A stretch of 64,000 nt of DNA from Antechinus flavipes (lineage: Eukaryota), in the NCBI RefSeq assembly GCF_016432865.1, contig NC_067398.1, forward strand, positions 657,944,001 through 658,008,000, written 5' to 3'. A model generated the notes under the pieces. The model was not told the origin of the DNA. It was given only the letters and a program-made list of their open reading frames with translations, and searched no databases. Each line of letters opens with the position of its first letter. Positions within the stretch are counted from its first letter, which is position 1. A program made the position numbers and the translations under genes. Below are positions 28,601 to 48,658 of this stretch, in pieces.

Positions 28601-30768
28601 CAGACTTTAAAAAAGGGCTTCAAAATGTTAGCCATTAGTTAAGACCACATCTTTTCTTTTTTCCATCCCCAGGCCAAGATTGGACTCAAAGGAGTACAAA
28701 ATAGGCTTAAGTACAAGGTAAAACTGAGAGGGACTAACTGGAGGGCCTGGAAGTGGGGGTAAAGACAAGGTTATTGGTTTACAAGTCTCCTTTCCCCCAC
28801 AGGATAGTGACCCCTTGCTGCAGAGGTGGGGTTCTCTTCGAGTCCCAACCCTAGAAAACCGCTCTGAATGTCTTCAACATCGTCTACCCATCACCCACCA
28901 CTTTGGCCAGGTAAAGGACCACCAGACTACCGACATGTACAGATCCCCATATGGATACATGATCAAAACCCAAGGGCCACTTTACACCCTGAAGGAAAAA
29001 GTCTGGGAAATGCTAACCTCCCCAATATATCCTTTCTAGTCCAGGCCTCTGCGTCCCCGCCACCGAAGGTCCCAATCCCGACCTGAGGACGAGGTACCTG
29101 GGAGAGAGGAACAAAGGTAGGTTGGATTCTTCTGGGCCTGGGATTCTAGATTTGGGAATAAAATGTTTTACATAACTTCACAGGTAGTTTCTTAATAGAG
29201 GCTGAGGAAAAGGGGGAAAATCTGCAACTCAAAAAGTTTTAAAAACAAATGTAAAAAAAACTGTTTTAAATCTAACTGGGGAAAAATACTAAATAAATTT
29301 AAAGAAAAAGTTGAGTTCTCTCTCCTCCCTCAGGGAGTCTCTGTCTGGGCTCAAGGAACCCTGGGGACAAGATGACTTCGACAGCAATTTCCTGGGCTCA
29401 GGAGAACTGGACCTGCTTGGGGAGATCCTTGACAACCTCAGCATCGGGATGTCTGGGCCTGGAGAATCCCCTGGTCTGTACCCCAGCCATAGCTTGGACA
29501 GCTGCCACTTAGACCAGAGCAGCTGTTTCAACTTGGTGAGTCCCCTTGTAGAGCCTCCAGCTCAGCCACTAGACTGTTTACCTCACTTAATGGGTTCTCC
29601 CAAAGATGAGGGAGGAGTGGCACTAAATCCATTGATTCCATCAGTTCTCTGGGTCACGCTCCTAAAATTTCTAGTTGACTTTCTACCTTTAAACAATAAT
29701 GCATAGCATAACTACTAGAGATTTCATAGGTCATCTAGCTTAAAGCTTCTTAAACTGTGGGTCACCACCAGTCATGTAACAATGTGGGATTGGCAAAAAA
29801 TTTGGCAACAGTAAAAGGTTTCTGAAAGCACCAACAACCAAAAGTGAACACAAAATCAAACTTACATTGAATCTGAGGTGTCTCTAGCAGTGCTTGGCCA
29901 TGTTGCATCGCTCAGTTTCACTGAAGCTTTGGTTCTGAATACACATGTTCATTTTACACTGCACATACCCTCATGCCACAAAATACAATCAAAATATGCT
30001 CAGACCTGAGTCGGGGTCGAGTAAAAATTTCTGAGGTGAAAAGGGGTCATGAATGAAAAAAGTTCAAGAAGCTGCAAATTCTAGCACTTGGTAAAGTGAT
30101 CTTGGACAAAACTCAACTTCTATAGAGACACAGCTATACCGGATTCATCTACAAAATGAGATTGGACTAGATGATTTTCTAGTTTCTTTCATCTCTAAGA
30201 CTCTTGTCCCCACTTAGTAGTCATACATTTTTAGTAGAGGGGAACCTTACAATCCAATCGCTCCAGGAAGCCAATTTCACAGGAAGAGTTAAGAAGTTTG
30301 GCTCTATCTCAAGTGCTCCATCAGATCTGCCTTCTACTTCGGTTCAGCTGATTTTTCTCCACCCTGTCTCTCCCCCAGATACTTCTGGAAGAAGAAAATT
30401 CAAAGGAACAATTGCTGTCCCCCACAGTGCCTACTGCAGCTCCTCTCAGTCAGGGGTTGGAAGAACCCAAGACTTCTCATCCCTCCATGGAGACTGTAGC
30501 CCCCCAAGTCCCTTCCTCAAGCCATCAGCAACTCCTGGTTGAGGAGGAAGAATTACAAGAGCCACAGTTGCCGCCCTGTGGGACCTTTGCTGTACCTCAG
30601 TCCTCCCAAGTTTTTGTAGAGCCAGAGATACCCAACATCTGTGCAGAGTACAGGCCTCCTAGCCCTGTGCCAGTTCCCCAGGACACTCCTAGAGTACCCC
30701 CACGCCTCAGAGAGGGGGTCTCCATTCAGCCCAGGGTAGCTCAGCTCAAAAAGCGATTTGAGGGCTAG
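20259..30768 (+). CDS. DENND1C: DENN domain-containing protein 1C (connecdenn 3), 729 aa, 23 exons
   Basis: Exons 20259-20275, 22750-22814, 22972-23015, 23258-23307, 23552-23671, 23956-24025, 24110-24190, 24320-24394, 24996-25049, 25181-25291, 25831-25931, 26024-26069, 26147-26248, 27001-27126, 27412-27513, 27604-27694, 27837-27877, 27986-28057, 28673-28717, 28803-28910, 29040-29116, 29334-29535, 30379-30768 (2190 nt, frame continuous). Motifs: [48 protein letters not shown], terminal [11 protein letters not shown]. Exon 8 (24320-24394) is the least certain. Confidence 0.93.
20915..21900. mobile_element. L2 and MIR remnants in DENND1C intron 1
   Basis: agtcaatcactc..aagcatttaagtacct L2 terminus, purine-rich L2 body, gatgaagaaacggagg MIR core. 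Confidence 0.55.
22135..22166. repeat. (CA)n microsatellite
   Basis: Perfect CA run. Confidence 0.95.
22657..22697. repeat. (AC)n microsatellite about 50 bp upstream of DENND1C exon 2
   Basis: Perfect AC run. Confidence 0.95.
24504..24646 (-). mobile_element. WSINE1-type SINE in DENND1C intron 8
   Basis: 12-bp exact TSD ccaattatctag (24492-24503, 24647-24658). Confidence 0.85.
28510..28590. repeat. 41-bp tandem duplication within a MIR remnant
   Basis: cttatcttcccttg(tcgg/ccgt)caggatgaaatgacggaatgta twice. Confidence 0.9.
29741..30077. mobile_element. Old hAT/Charlie-type non-autonomous DNA transposon in the last DENND1C intron
   Basis: Imperfect TIRs agcttcttaaact and agttcaagaagct, with subterminal gtgggtc and ggggtc motifs. 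Confidence 0.55.
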
Positions 30769-30798
30769 GGGTAATTCCTTGGCTCAGGGCATGCTGAG

Positions 30799-30901
30799 AA
30801 TAAAAAAATTCATTATTAATTTCCATCTCCTCCCACTCCCATACATTATCAATTACATTTGTACCAAGTCCCATCCTAGGCCTTGAAGCCTCCCCAATAA
30901 A
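30799..30901 (+). terminator. DENND1C candidate polyadenylation signals
   Basis: AATAAA at 30799-30804 and 30896-30901. Confidence 0.5.
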
Positions 30902-32191
30902 ACTTTGTCCAGTGCCAGTGGTCTCCATCCTCACTCCCGAGGCAGGATTGTTCCATACATATGCCAAGCTCTGCCACTTGGCATCCCTAAGACCTTCCCA
31001 GCCAGATGTTAGTTCCTCCAGATGAGGGACATGCCAGAATCACAGAATGAGAAGTTTGGAAATTTGGGTTGTTTCAGCTGTATCCCCTGGAAACAAAGGG
31101 TTTGCAGTTTGGCGATGTTTTTCAGTCACATCCAACTGTTTGTGACACTACCTGGAGTTTTCTTGTTTAAGGTGGTGGTTTACCATTTCCTTGTCCTGTT
31201 CATTTTACAGATGAGGAAACTGAGGCAAACAGGATTAAGCAACTTGCCCAGGGTCACACATCAGTAAGTGTCTGAGGCCAGATTTTAAACTTGCTAAGTT
31301 TTCTCAATGCCAGGACAGCACTTTGTGCCTATGGTGCCCCCTGGCAAATAAACTTTTCCATCTGAGAAAACTGAGGCCCACTTTCAAGCGGCTAGTAAAA
31401 CAACTGGCACCAGAGCCCTCATCAAAACTAAATGGCTTAGCATGTTCTAGATCTGGAGCCAGGAAGGCCTAGCTAAACTATATGTGATACCACATCTGAA
31501 CATCTTGTCATCTATAAAATCAATGTTGACACTTTGGGCATTTGTTTCATGAAGTTGTGCTTAAGCTTTAGATCATGTAGGTATAGAATTCTGCAAGCTT
31601 TAAAACCACCAGAGAAACTTCAGTTACTATTCCCATTTACCCCTCCAAGGTCTCCCGCATCAAACCCTAGTTACAAACTCTTTGGGACTGTTTGCTTTCA
31701 CTAGTAAAAGAATTAGGGACTTGAGCAATCAGGCAAGCCGATGTGTGGAAGGAAAAACTTAATTACTACCCGCCATTACCCCAGGGCATCAGCCCCACAC
31801 CCCAACCACTACTCGATAAAATCTTGTGTTTGACCTTATGACCATCTTTATAAAAAATACAAATCAAGCAGCCCCTCTCAGGGACAACTAGGGAATAGAA
31901 GGTAGTGGTCTGGGAGAGAGAGAGGAAAAAAGAAGGGACCAGATACATAAGTTTCGGGGAAAGGGGGTAGGGAGAGGAAGACTTTTCCAAGCACTTCCTT
32001 TTCAGTACAAATACCTATTATTATTCACCAGGAAGGGAAGGTTAGTCCTGAGAGAGTTAAGTGGTGTTTGGGAGGGTGGAATGTTAATCAAATGGCCTGG
32101 GGAGGGGGAAGGGGAACTCAGGGTGGGTACCCACCCAAGTCTCTGCCTCTCCCCACAAAGGGAAAGGGGATCCAGGCTTTTTGCACACACC

Positions 32192-32272
32192 CTAACCCCA
32201 GCAGGACACCCAGCCCCACGCCTTGTTCTTCGAGTCCTGGGGCCCTGGGGCTGCTTCAGCCGCGTGAGATAA
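32192..32272 (-). CDS. CRB3: CRB3 isoform B alternative terminal exon (LSHAAEAAPGPQDSKNKAWGWVSCWG*)
   Basis: Internal donor CAG|GTGGGT at 32693 after SSEEQ and acceptor cctttcag at 32273. The translation aligns with the recalled human CRB3B tail FSHAAEARAPQDSK. Confidence 0.75.
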   Translation of the reverse strand, partial: LSHAAEAAPGPQDSKNKAWGWVSCWG

Positions 32273-32629
32273 CTGAAAGGCAAGGAGATCAGGGTTGAAA
32301 GGCAGGAGCAGGTCATCAGGGGAGAAGGCCAGGTGGCCACCATAGTTCCAGTCAGGAGAAGCAGAAGTAGCCGCCAGCTCCAGGCCAATGTCCACAGACC
32401 AAAGTCAAAAGTCTGCAACAAGCTTGGTGGTGCAGTGAAGGCGGCCATGGCCAGCAGCTTAGTGTCCCCCTGCCCACTCCCTACCAGGCCCTGGCATCTG
32501 AAGCCCTCATCGTCACTCCAGATGCTCCCTGAAGGGGCTGGTCAACGTGGTTGAATGCCCAATGTCAAGCAAGTCCCAAACCAGAAATGGGACATGGGAT
32601 TACGTGCAGGAAGAGGGGGGATGCAGTGC

Positions 32630-34121
32630 TCAGATGAGCCGCTCCTCAGGGGGAAGCTTCAAGTTGGGGGGTGGTGGAGCCCGGGCACCCACCTGCTCTT
32701 CACTGCTGGGCCGGTAGGTGCCCTCTGTCTGGCGTTTCTCACGAAGCTTCCGGCCTAGCAGGACCAGTGCCACTACCAGGAGGAGGATACCCAGGACTGA
32801 GAATACAGTGATGATGGCAGTGACTGCACCCTGGGACTAGGGGGAAGGAGGGGAGTCACCCACTGACAAGGCATGCAGGATCTTCAATCCCTTCCCCCCT
32901 TATCTCCACACCTCCCTCCCCTCCTCCTCCAGTTGCCACATTTCTCTATTAAAAGGGTCAGGGTTGGACAGATTACAATATTGAACAGTTTGAGCTGCCA
33001 GGGAACACCAGGTCCCACCCCACTCCCATCCTACTTTACAGATGGGAAGATAAAGGCCCAAAGAGAATTTGGGTCAAGGTCTTTGAGGGACTAATATCCA
33101 CATCTCCTGCCTCCCCTTATCATACTATATTACCAGGGAAACTCTTTCCCCTGCCACAAACTCACCAGGGTCTCACTGGCTGGTGGTGCTGTGGAAGGGG
33201 TAACAGTGTTGTTCTCATATCCAGTGTAGTCAGTGTCTACGGGAGAAAGGAGAGCAAGGGGGAAGCCAAGGGTTCGGACAGTCACATTCAAAAAACTAAA
33301 AGCCATGGCCCCCTCCCTCCCTCCTCACCTTCAGGCCATTTCAACCCCAGGCTGTGGGCGTGGCCTTCACTACTTAGACCTGGAGTGCCTGAGTCACCAA
33401 AGTCGCCCCCCCCCAGGCTCCCGAAACTAGTAGAAAGATTACAGCCACTCCCCAAGAAGGCTCCAGCTGGCCGAAGATCCTAGAATACCTATGTCCAGAA
33501 ACTAGATTTTCCCTTACCCAGTTTTCCTCGACTCTAGTCCCTCTTCAAGCTCCACCCTCTTTCCTTTAAAGGACTTTGCCCGGACACAACATGGATCAGA
33601 CCGAACCCAGGAGGACAAAAATTGAATGTAACCCCAGCCCATCTTTCCCAAACTCCAGCTTCCCATTCCTCTGGCTCTGAATACCTTCTTCTCCCTTCCC
33701 CCAGATATCCTGGCATCCTGCCTTACCTACTCTCAGCACACAAATCCTAAGACTTTTCCCAGGAGGGAATCCAAGTGTCCCGGCTTCCAGCTGGTTTCTC
33801 CAAACTAAACCGATCCTTAGGAAACCGAGCTAAGACAACCTCCCAGTTCTCCAGGCACCACCACCACCACCACCACCCTCCTAAACAGGAGATCTCTGTC
33901 CTTGGGCTCCAGTTCTAATCATATATCCTGAAAGGTATCCCCTCTGGAATTCTACCTCTAATCTGTCCCCCTTCTCAGGTTGAGAACCCAAGCACCCTGG
34001 CTCTCACCTCTGATCAAGGCACCAGTACCTGAAGTTACTTACTAGGGGCCAAGGCGGGCTGGGAGTTCAATAGCTGCAGGCTCAGTGCCAAGCACAGGCC
34101 CAGGCCAGGGCTGCTCGCCAT
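32630..34121 (-). CDS. CRB3: Crumbs homolog 3, isoform A (ERLI), 118 aa
   Basis: Minus-strand exons 34121-34043, 33236-33166, 32836-32630. Signal peptide MASSPGLGLCLAL, sequon ENNT, TM AVTAIITVFSVLGILLLVVALVLL, FERM-binding GTYRPSSEEQ, PDZ-binding PPEERLI*. Confidence 0.95.
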
Positions 34122-34379
34122 GGGCCCCTGGGGAACCGAACCAGGCCTATGCCTCGGCTGACCTGGCTCCCGCTCCCAAACTGCAGGACCTCCGGTGGCT
34201 ACTGCATCTCGGGCTACTGTGAAGGGGAAAGGAGAGGGGAAGAAAGGAGAGAGCCCAAGGCCCCAGGAGGGGGAGGGGAAAGGGAGGGGACAGACCCAGG
34301 ATCCCTGCAGGGCAGGTGCCCCCAGCCCAAAAGAAACTCGAGTCCCGCCTCCCAGCTCCCTCATCCGCTCTTCCCGGCT

Positions 34380-34640
34380 TGAAATTAAAGATTAACTTAT
34401 CTTGGCCCGGAAGAAGGTTTGGGTTCCAGGAGGGAAATTGAGGGAAGGGAAGAGTTGGGCTGAACTGCCCCACCCCCTACCTGGCGCCAGCTTTTAGCTC
34501 TGGTCCTCAGTCTGGCAGTCAGTCCTTCTGTCCCTCTCTCGTTTCCAGCCGGCTCCACCCGATCACGTGACCCGGAAAGTTTAGTCACTCACCTGGGAGG
34601 GGGAGCGAACTTCCTGTCTGTGCACCTGAGCCCCAGGTAG
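34380..34640 (-). promoter_or_regulatory. CRB3 promoter and 5' UTR exon region
   Basis: Minus-strand donor CAG|GTGAGT at 34593, TCACGTGA E-box 34563-34570, ETS-like CCGGAA and TTCC motifs, CpG enrichment. Confidence 0.55.
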
Positions 34641-35920
34641 GGGGCAGGGCTAACTTGGACACACCTGTAACAGAGGACTCACACCTGTAAGGTAGAATAA
34701 TTGTATTGGGGCACATACTCCAGTAATACAAGATACATCTCTAATGGGAAACACCTATTAAGGAGACATACCTGTCGAGGGTGGGGGACATAAATCTGTA
34801 GGGAAAATCATGTCTGTAGCAGGAGGACATACAGCTGTTAGGGAGCATACACCTACAATGGAGCATTGAACCCATAGCGGGGACACATATGTAATGGGAA
34901 ACATGTAGAAATATCTGTTGGGGAAAACATAGACTTGTATTGGGAGAATAGACATCTTTAATGAGGTAAAAACATAATGAAGAACACACTACTGTAATTT
35001 AATGGGTAGATATCCCCAGAAGGAGAAGTACTTTAAATGGAGAGACCAATTTTTAGGAAAGACATTTGTAATATGCACCTGTTGGTGCATAGGGAGAAAT
35101 ATTGGAGACATATACACTTTCTGGGAAATATACACCTGTAATAGAAGGGGGGAGGGGGGAACCACCAATGGAGAGTAAACCTACCCTATTAAAGAAGTCT
35201 GAAGGGAAGCTAGGTGGCACAGTGGACAAAATAGTTAGCCTGGAGCAGGAAGATTCATCATCCCGAGTTCAAACCTGGCTTCAGGCACTAATTAGCCATG
35301 TGACCCTGGGAAAGTCATTTAACCCCATTTGCTTCAGTTTCCTTATTTATAAAAGGAGCTGGAGAAAGAAATAGCAAGCTACTCCAGTATTTTTTTTTTT
35401 CAAGAAAACCCTCAAAAGGGGTCATGAAGAGTCAGACATGACTGAAAAATGACTTCAAAGGAGAGGGAAAACATGAAGGAGGTCATGCTTATAGTAATGG
35501 AAACATACTTGTTGGAGGAAACACCTAAAATAAAGGACAGACTTGTTAAGACTTGTTAAGAGGGACCACATACTTCTTGGGAAGACCCAAATGTTATGAG
35601 TGAGAGTTTAATAGGTATGTCCCCCACACTTGTGAATGAATCATATCAGTGAATAAAAACACATCTGTAAGAAGAAATACAACTATGTGGGAAAATGTAA
35701 GTAAGCAAGATTTATCTGACTGAGGATTCACCATATTCCACTAGTACTAAAGAATCACCAAGGCAACCACTGGAGAATGAGAATAACAAATGGATAATGA
35801 TAAAGGGGAAAGGAAAATGTCTCTGAGCCACACCTGTAAGGAGGGGGAAATTAACTAGAAGCACTGTGTCTTGGAAATATGACTTCATGGAAGAACACCT
35901 ATGTGGAGACACACCTTTAT
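34620..35920. repeat. Degenerate minisatellite-like array built on (g)ggaNac ACACCT gtaa, interrupted by a MIR-type SINE (about 35200-35450)
   Basis: ACACCT at 34661, 34681, 34751, 34849, 35132, 35521, 35830, 35895, 35911, all on the same strand. Confidence 0.6.
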
Positions 35921-36159
35921 GTGGCATGTAGGAGAATAATTTCATAGATTTTGAATAGAGCTTGAAGAAACCTTAGAAATCTACTCCAAACCCTCATTTT
36001 GTAGATAAGAAAATTCAAGCCCAGAAAGATTAAAATGACTTCCCAATGTCAAACAGGCAGTGGCAGGGGTAGGATTCTGGCTCAGGTACCTTAATACCAA
36101 ATTCAGCATTCTTTCCATGATATCATGTACCAGGAGTACACACAGTGGCATTCCAAAAA

Positions 36160-37030
36160 CTATTTGGACTGAGGCTATCTACATAGCCCCTCTGCTCTCT
36201 TCTACAAGTCATCTCTAACTGGATGTCCTGTGCACATCTTAAACTTAGCATGTCCAAAACTGAACTCATCATATCTCTCAATTTCTCCTCTTCCTAACGC
36301 TCTTAATATGATTAAGAGCACCATTATCATCCCACCCTTGAAGCTGGAAACCTAAATGTCATTCTCAAGTCTTCACTCTAACCTCCAATTAACTAAATCC
36401 TGTTGTTTCTGCCTTTGCAATATTTCTCAAATGTAGCCCCTTCTCTAGATCTGATACTGCCACCATTTTGATGCAGAATCTCATCACCTCAAGCCGGAAT
36501 ATTCCAACAATTGATCTCCCTGCTTCCAGTGTTTCCTTACCACAGATCATTCTCTGCTCAATTGTCAATGATCTTAAAGTTTGTCTAACCATCCCTCCCT
36601 TTCCACTCCACTCCAGAAGGGTTCCTCTAACAGGTAAAATCAACTGCTTAGCATTCCCAATCTGGGCCCTTCCTATCTTTCCAGGCTTAACTGGAAAGTT
36701 TATTTCCCAACTCCATGTACTCCTCAAAAAGGGAAATCTCCAGATTCCAGGTATTTTTGCTGGTTGTTTCCCATACCTGCAACTCTCTCCCTCCTCATCT
36801 CTCCCACCTGATTCCTCTGCCTATGTTTACATCTCCACTACAGTCCCAACTTCTGCAAGAATTCTTTCCTGATCCCTGCTAATATTGGGGCCTGAAAGCC
36901 CCAAAATGGTCTTCACAAAGTTGTTTGCAATTGTGTACCAATTAAGAACAGGAACTGTCCTTTCTCTTTCGTGCTCAGCATAGGAGGCATAAAATAGGCG
37001 TTTAATAAATGCTCGTTTACTGACTGACTA
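36160..37030. mobile_element. L2 fragment
   Basis: cttagcatgtccaaaactgaactcatc and gtttaataaatgctcgtttactgactgac, typical L2 body and terminus. Confidence 0.65.
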
Positions 37031-39187
37031 AATTCGAGGAAATTGTCCAGGGTTCTATTTTTTTTTTTTTTTTTTTGAGAAACTGCTTCATTACCCTAGT
37101 TCTCATTGGATCAGTTCCTCCTACAGACCCTTACCAAATCTTCCCCAACCAAGCATGCCTTTCTAGTGGTGGAAATGAGAAAGTGCACCGAGAGAATGAA
37201 TATATATTCTTCATTCTGGGAACTTCCATTAAACACGAGATAAACGCATGGCCGGCATTTGACAGAGGAGAGGGGTGAGAGAAGGGGGGAGGAGAACCTT
37301 GAATAATACTCTCAGACCCGGGGGCACCTGTTGTACATGGTGGGTCACTGCCTCTTTAAGGAGTTCCGGAGACGGGCGGAGCCTAATGGTTTAGGCTCGC
37401 GCCGGCAGGGGGTCAGCGGGAGGAGGCTGAGCTCAGCCTTGAGAGCCGGAGCCAATGGTGAGCTGAAGAAGGAGCAGTGGCCGAGCTTTGATCTTGGGAT
37501 TCTCGGCCACGATTAAGCCTTGGAAAGAAGCGGGCGGGCTCATTCTCAGTCAACAAGGCACCTTTTAACAAGACCTGGGGGAGGATTAACCGTTAAATCA
37601 GGTTGGGGCCCCTTGACCCTAATCGGTTGAGGGGGATTATGCGACTCTAGAAAGATCCTGGGACTCTTCTCTCTTACACGCTGCTAGTGGAGGGGCTATT
37701 GATTTCCAAGAAGCTGGGAAACTGAGTCCCGCAAAGGCACCTGGAATAGCACTTGCATCCAGGCACTCGGGATTGGTCACTAGCTTCCTCCTGCGCCCTC
37801 GCTTTCTGAGTCTTGTCATCACGTCTGCTTCCCGACTCCTAAACGGTCTTTCCCACCTTTCTTCCAGTCTTATGCGCCAAACCTAGAAGCCTGATAGCAC
37901 TCCGCCCCCCCCCCCCCACCTCCCTACCCTGCGCTTGTACACATACCATAAACTCTTCTCTCTCTCCCCTCCTCCCCCTCCTTCTCTCTGTCTCTTCTGT
38001 GTCTCTGTTTGTCTCTCTGTCTCTTGTCTCTCTCACCCACATACACACACTCCTTACACTTCCCATCCCTCAACCATCTCTCAGTTTCTTAAATGATGAG
38101 ATCCAAAGCCCAGCAATTCTTCCCCCTCCTAGTTCCTCACCTTCCTGCTCTCCAGCCCCTCAAGACTGAAATGGAGGGGAATAAGTCCCAGAACCCAGAA
38201 ATCTCTCCCTCCCACCCAGCTCCTCACCATCCCCTGCTCGCGGTGACTAGATGATCTCGGATGCCTCTTCCAGCTCTGAATCTATGATCCTATGATGCCC
38301 TGGTGCTGAAGGAATGGAGGATCGAGACCCCAAGAGTTCTAGTCTCTCCGTTCCTCACTACCCTTCTCTCGGTTCTCTCTCAGAATTGGGTCTTGCCCTC
38401 TTGTCTCCTCACACTCCCTGCTCCCACGGGACTGAGAGGAGGGGAAGACCAAGAATCTAGGAATCTCAGCTTTTCACCATCCCCCGCTCTCATTCTAGCT
38501 GTATTGGGAGGGAGGACCCAGGAGTCCCTGCCCCCGAGTCCTCATGATCCCACGCTTTCTGTTACGAGTTACCCACCGAGTGGGTGAAGAGGGGAGTGGG
38601 GGTGGGGCGGTGCAGAAGTCCCATTCCTCAGCACCCGATTCCACGTGTCTAGAGAAGGGAGGGGAGTATCCCTAAACCCAAGAGTGCCGGCTCTCCAGCT
38701 CCTCACCATCCCCCGTTCTCTGCTCCCCCAGAGCCAAGGGTAAGAGTAGTGGGGGCGGGGAGGAGGTGCCAGATCTCCGCCGGGCGGCGACGACAAGCAC
38801 AGAAAGCCTGTCTGCTTGCTTGCCTGCCTGCCTGCCAGCCAGCCACCCAGCCTTCCTCCCAACCTTTCTCCTCCTCCGGGTCGCTTTCCCAGCCCCGGGG
38901 CAGTTGTCTGGGCTATAACGGAGGGACTCGATTGTTGTGGGAGAGCAGTCATTGCTCCAGCCCCAGCCCGGCCCGGCCCAGCCGGGTACCGGCAAGCTGG
39001 GAGAGGGGAAGGGAGAGGGGGAGGGGGAGCCTCTAAGCTCCAGCTGAGCCTGGGCCACCCCCTCTTTTTTCCCTCCCTCCTTCCATCTCCCTCTCCCCTC
39101 CCCCGAGGGCCGGGGGGCCGGGCCGGGGCAGGAGCATGAGGCTGGCGGCCACTGGCTCAGGCATTGGGTGGTAGCCACGGTACAGCC

Positions 39188-46765
<7,578 letters not shown>

Positions 46766-48537
46766 GGGGCTGGGGGTTCCCCCCCTTCCCCTCCCTGCTG
46801 GGTCCTGTCCCTTTCCCTCGGATCCTGGTGATAAGACCAACCCCCTGTGCCAGATTTCTCGGCTGCTCCTGGAGCCTGCAACCAACTGATCTACCCCACC
46901 TGGTCACTGACACTGGATCACCAGAGGAACCTGCCCCAGGATCTGCTCTGCATGGCATTGGCACTGGATTCCCAACCTCTGGTGGAGGTGGGGATGGCGG
47001 TGGCCCTTCACCCCTATGCCCCCTCCCTCCCCACTGCACTGACGTGAGAACCATCTGGTCTCTTCCCCATCCCCCTGTACTGCAGCTCCCCTGGGCCCCC
47101 CGTGGCAGTGCAAATTCCCTGGATCCCTCCTCCGTGTCCCCCCATGATAGTGACACTGTTCTGCTCCAGCCCTGACTACCCCGTCACCCCAGACAGCTCA
47201 GCCTAACCCATCTGTGGGGGAACGCGGGGTCAGGGAGGCACACTGGCTAAGCCCAGCCAGAGGGAGGGTTCCCCGTGGCCTTAGGCAGAGACCCTCCAGG
47301 ACCCCACAGCTGAGGACGAACCTTCTACTTTCTTTCCCCCTTCTCCCATTCCTCAGCTTAGGTAAGAGACAAGTTTGAATAAGGCTGAAAAGGGACCCAG
47401 GACAGGGTTAGGACCTCTTGCGGAGCCATACTGAGGTCCATGCCCCTCCCTCCAGCATCCTCCAAACACACATTCCAATTGTGCAGGAAGAAATAAAGAG
47501 AAAGAAAGAAGTCTTAAAAATCACCCCACCCAGGTCTATTTTTCTACTGGGGTAAAGAACAGCTATTCTCCCAACACACACACACATTCCACACCCTTCC
47601 CCAACCTCCAGGGAATCTCTGTATATACTGCATTTTATAGCTGGATTCTGAGGCTGGGGATGGAGGAGAGATCTGAGAATTAAGGTATTAAAAGGTCTCC
47701 TTCTCTCTCAGAAAGCAGAGAATCTAGTCCCTGTGGAGAGCAGTATCCAGAGGTCCCTCTTCCCCTCTCATGCTCCCTCCCCACTCAGTCTCTCTGCCTG
47801 TGTGTGCACCTTTTCAAAGGGAAACAAATGAATACATTTTTCTAAGTCCCCAAAGCCAGTCTGTTGTGGTGTCTTTATTTGGGGGGGAGAGGAAGACGGT
47901 TCAAGGGGACTTCGGCTCTGTACAAAACTTACCATGCCTGGAGCAAAATTGGAGCTGGGATTTATTGTGCCAGAAGCAACATCACGGGCAGGGAGGAGAT
48001 TTGACAGGAGAAGATTGGCTCCTGACTCAGGTACAGTTGATGTGGAGAAACAGTCTTTCCCAGAGAGCCTCGTACAGGCCCCTGCGGCACATTCTCATTC
48101 CTCAAGGCCAGAGCCCTTCTTCCGGAGGAGGCTCTCGTGGGCGATGGCAGCCTCCCTCCTCCCCCTGCCCCAGACTGGGACCGTTAAGCCAGCAGATAGA
48201 CTAAAGCTCAGGATCGTGAGCTTGGAGGATCCCCGACAAGCAGAACCCACCCTCTCCCTGGATATTGGTATCCCAAGCCCCAGGCATCTGGCCCTAACTG
48301 TTCTCTCCTGGACATAGATAAAAAAATCAGAGAGCTTCCTGTGTCTGCCTTTGAGAAACCCAAGGACGGGAGGAAGGACGGAGCAGAAATAAGGAAATGC
48401 CATAAAATACCAGGACTCAAATTGTGCTAGATAGTGCAGTCATGGACCCCAAACTAGGAGTCAGAGACCCAAAGAACTTCAAAGACCATGTTTCTTCAAA
48501 GATGGGGACTAAAGGTTAGAGACAGAAAATAATACTC

Positions 48538-48658
48538 TTTTTTTCTCCCGAGGTAATTGGGATTAAGTGACTTGCCCAGGGTCACACAACTAGGAAGTGT
48601 TAAGTGTCTGAAGTGGGATTTGAACTCAGGTCCTCCACTGCACCACCTAGCTGCCCCT
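48538..48658 (-). mobile_element. Internally deleted WSINE1-type SINE
   Basis: SINE consensus lacking about 30 bp between gtcctcc and actgcacc. Confidence 0.7.
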
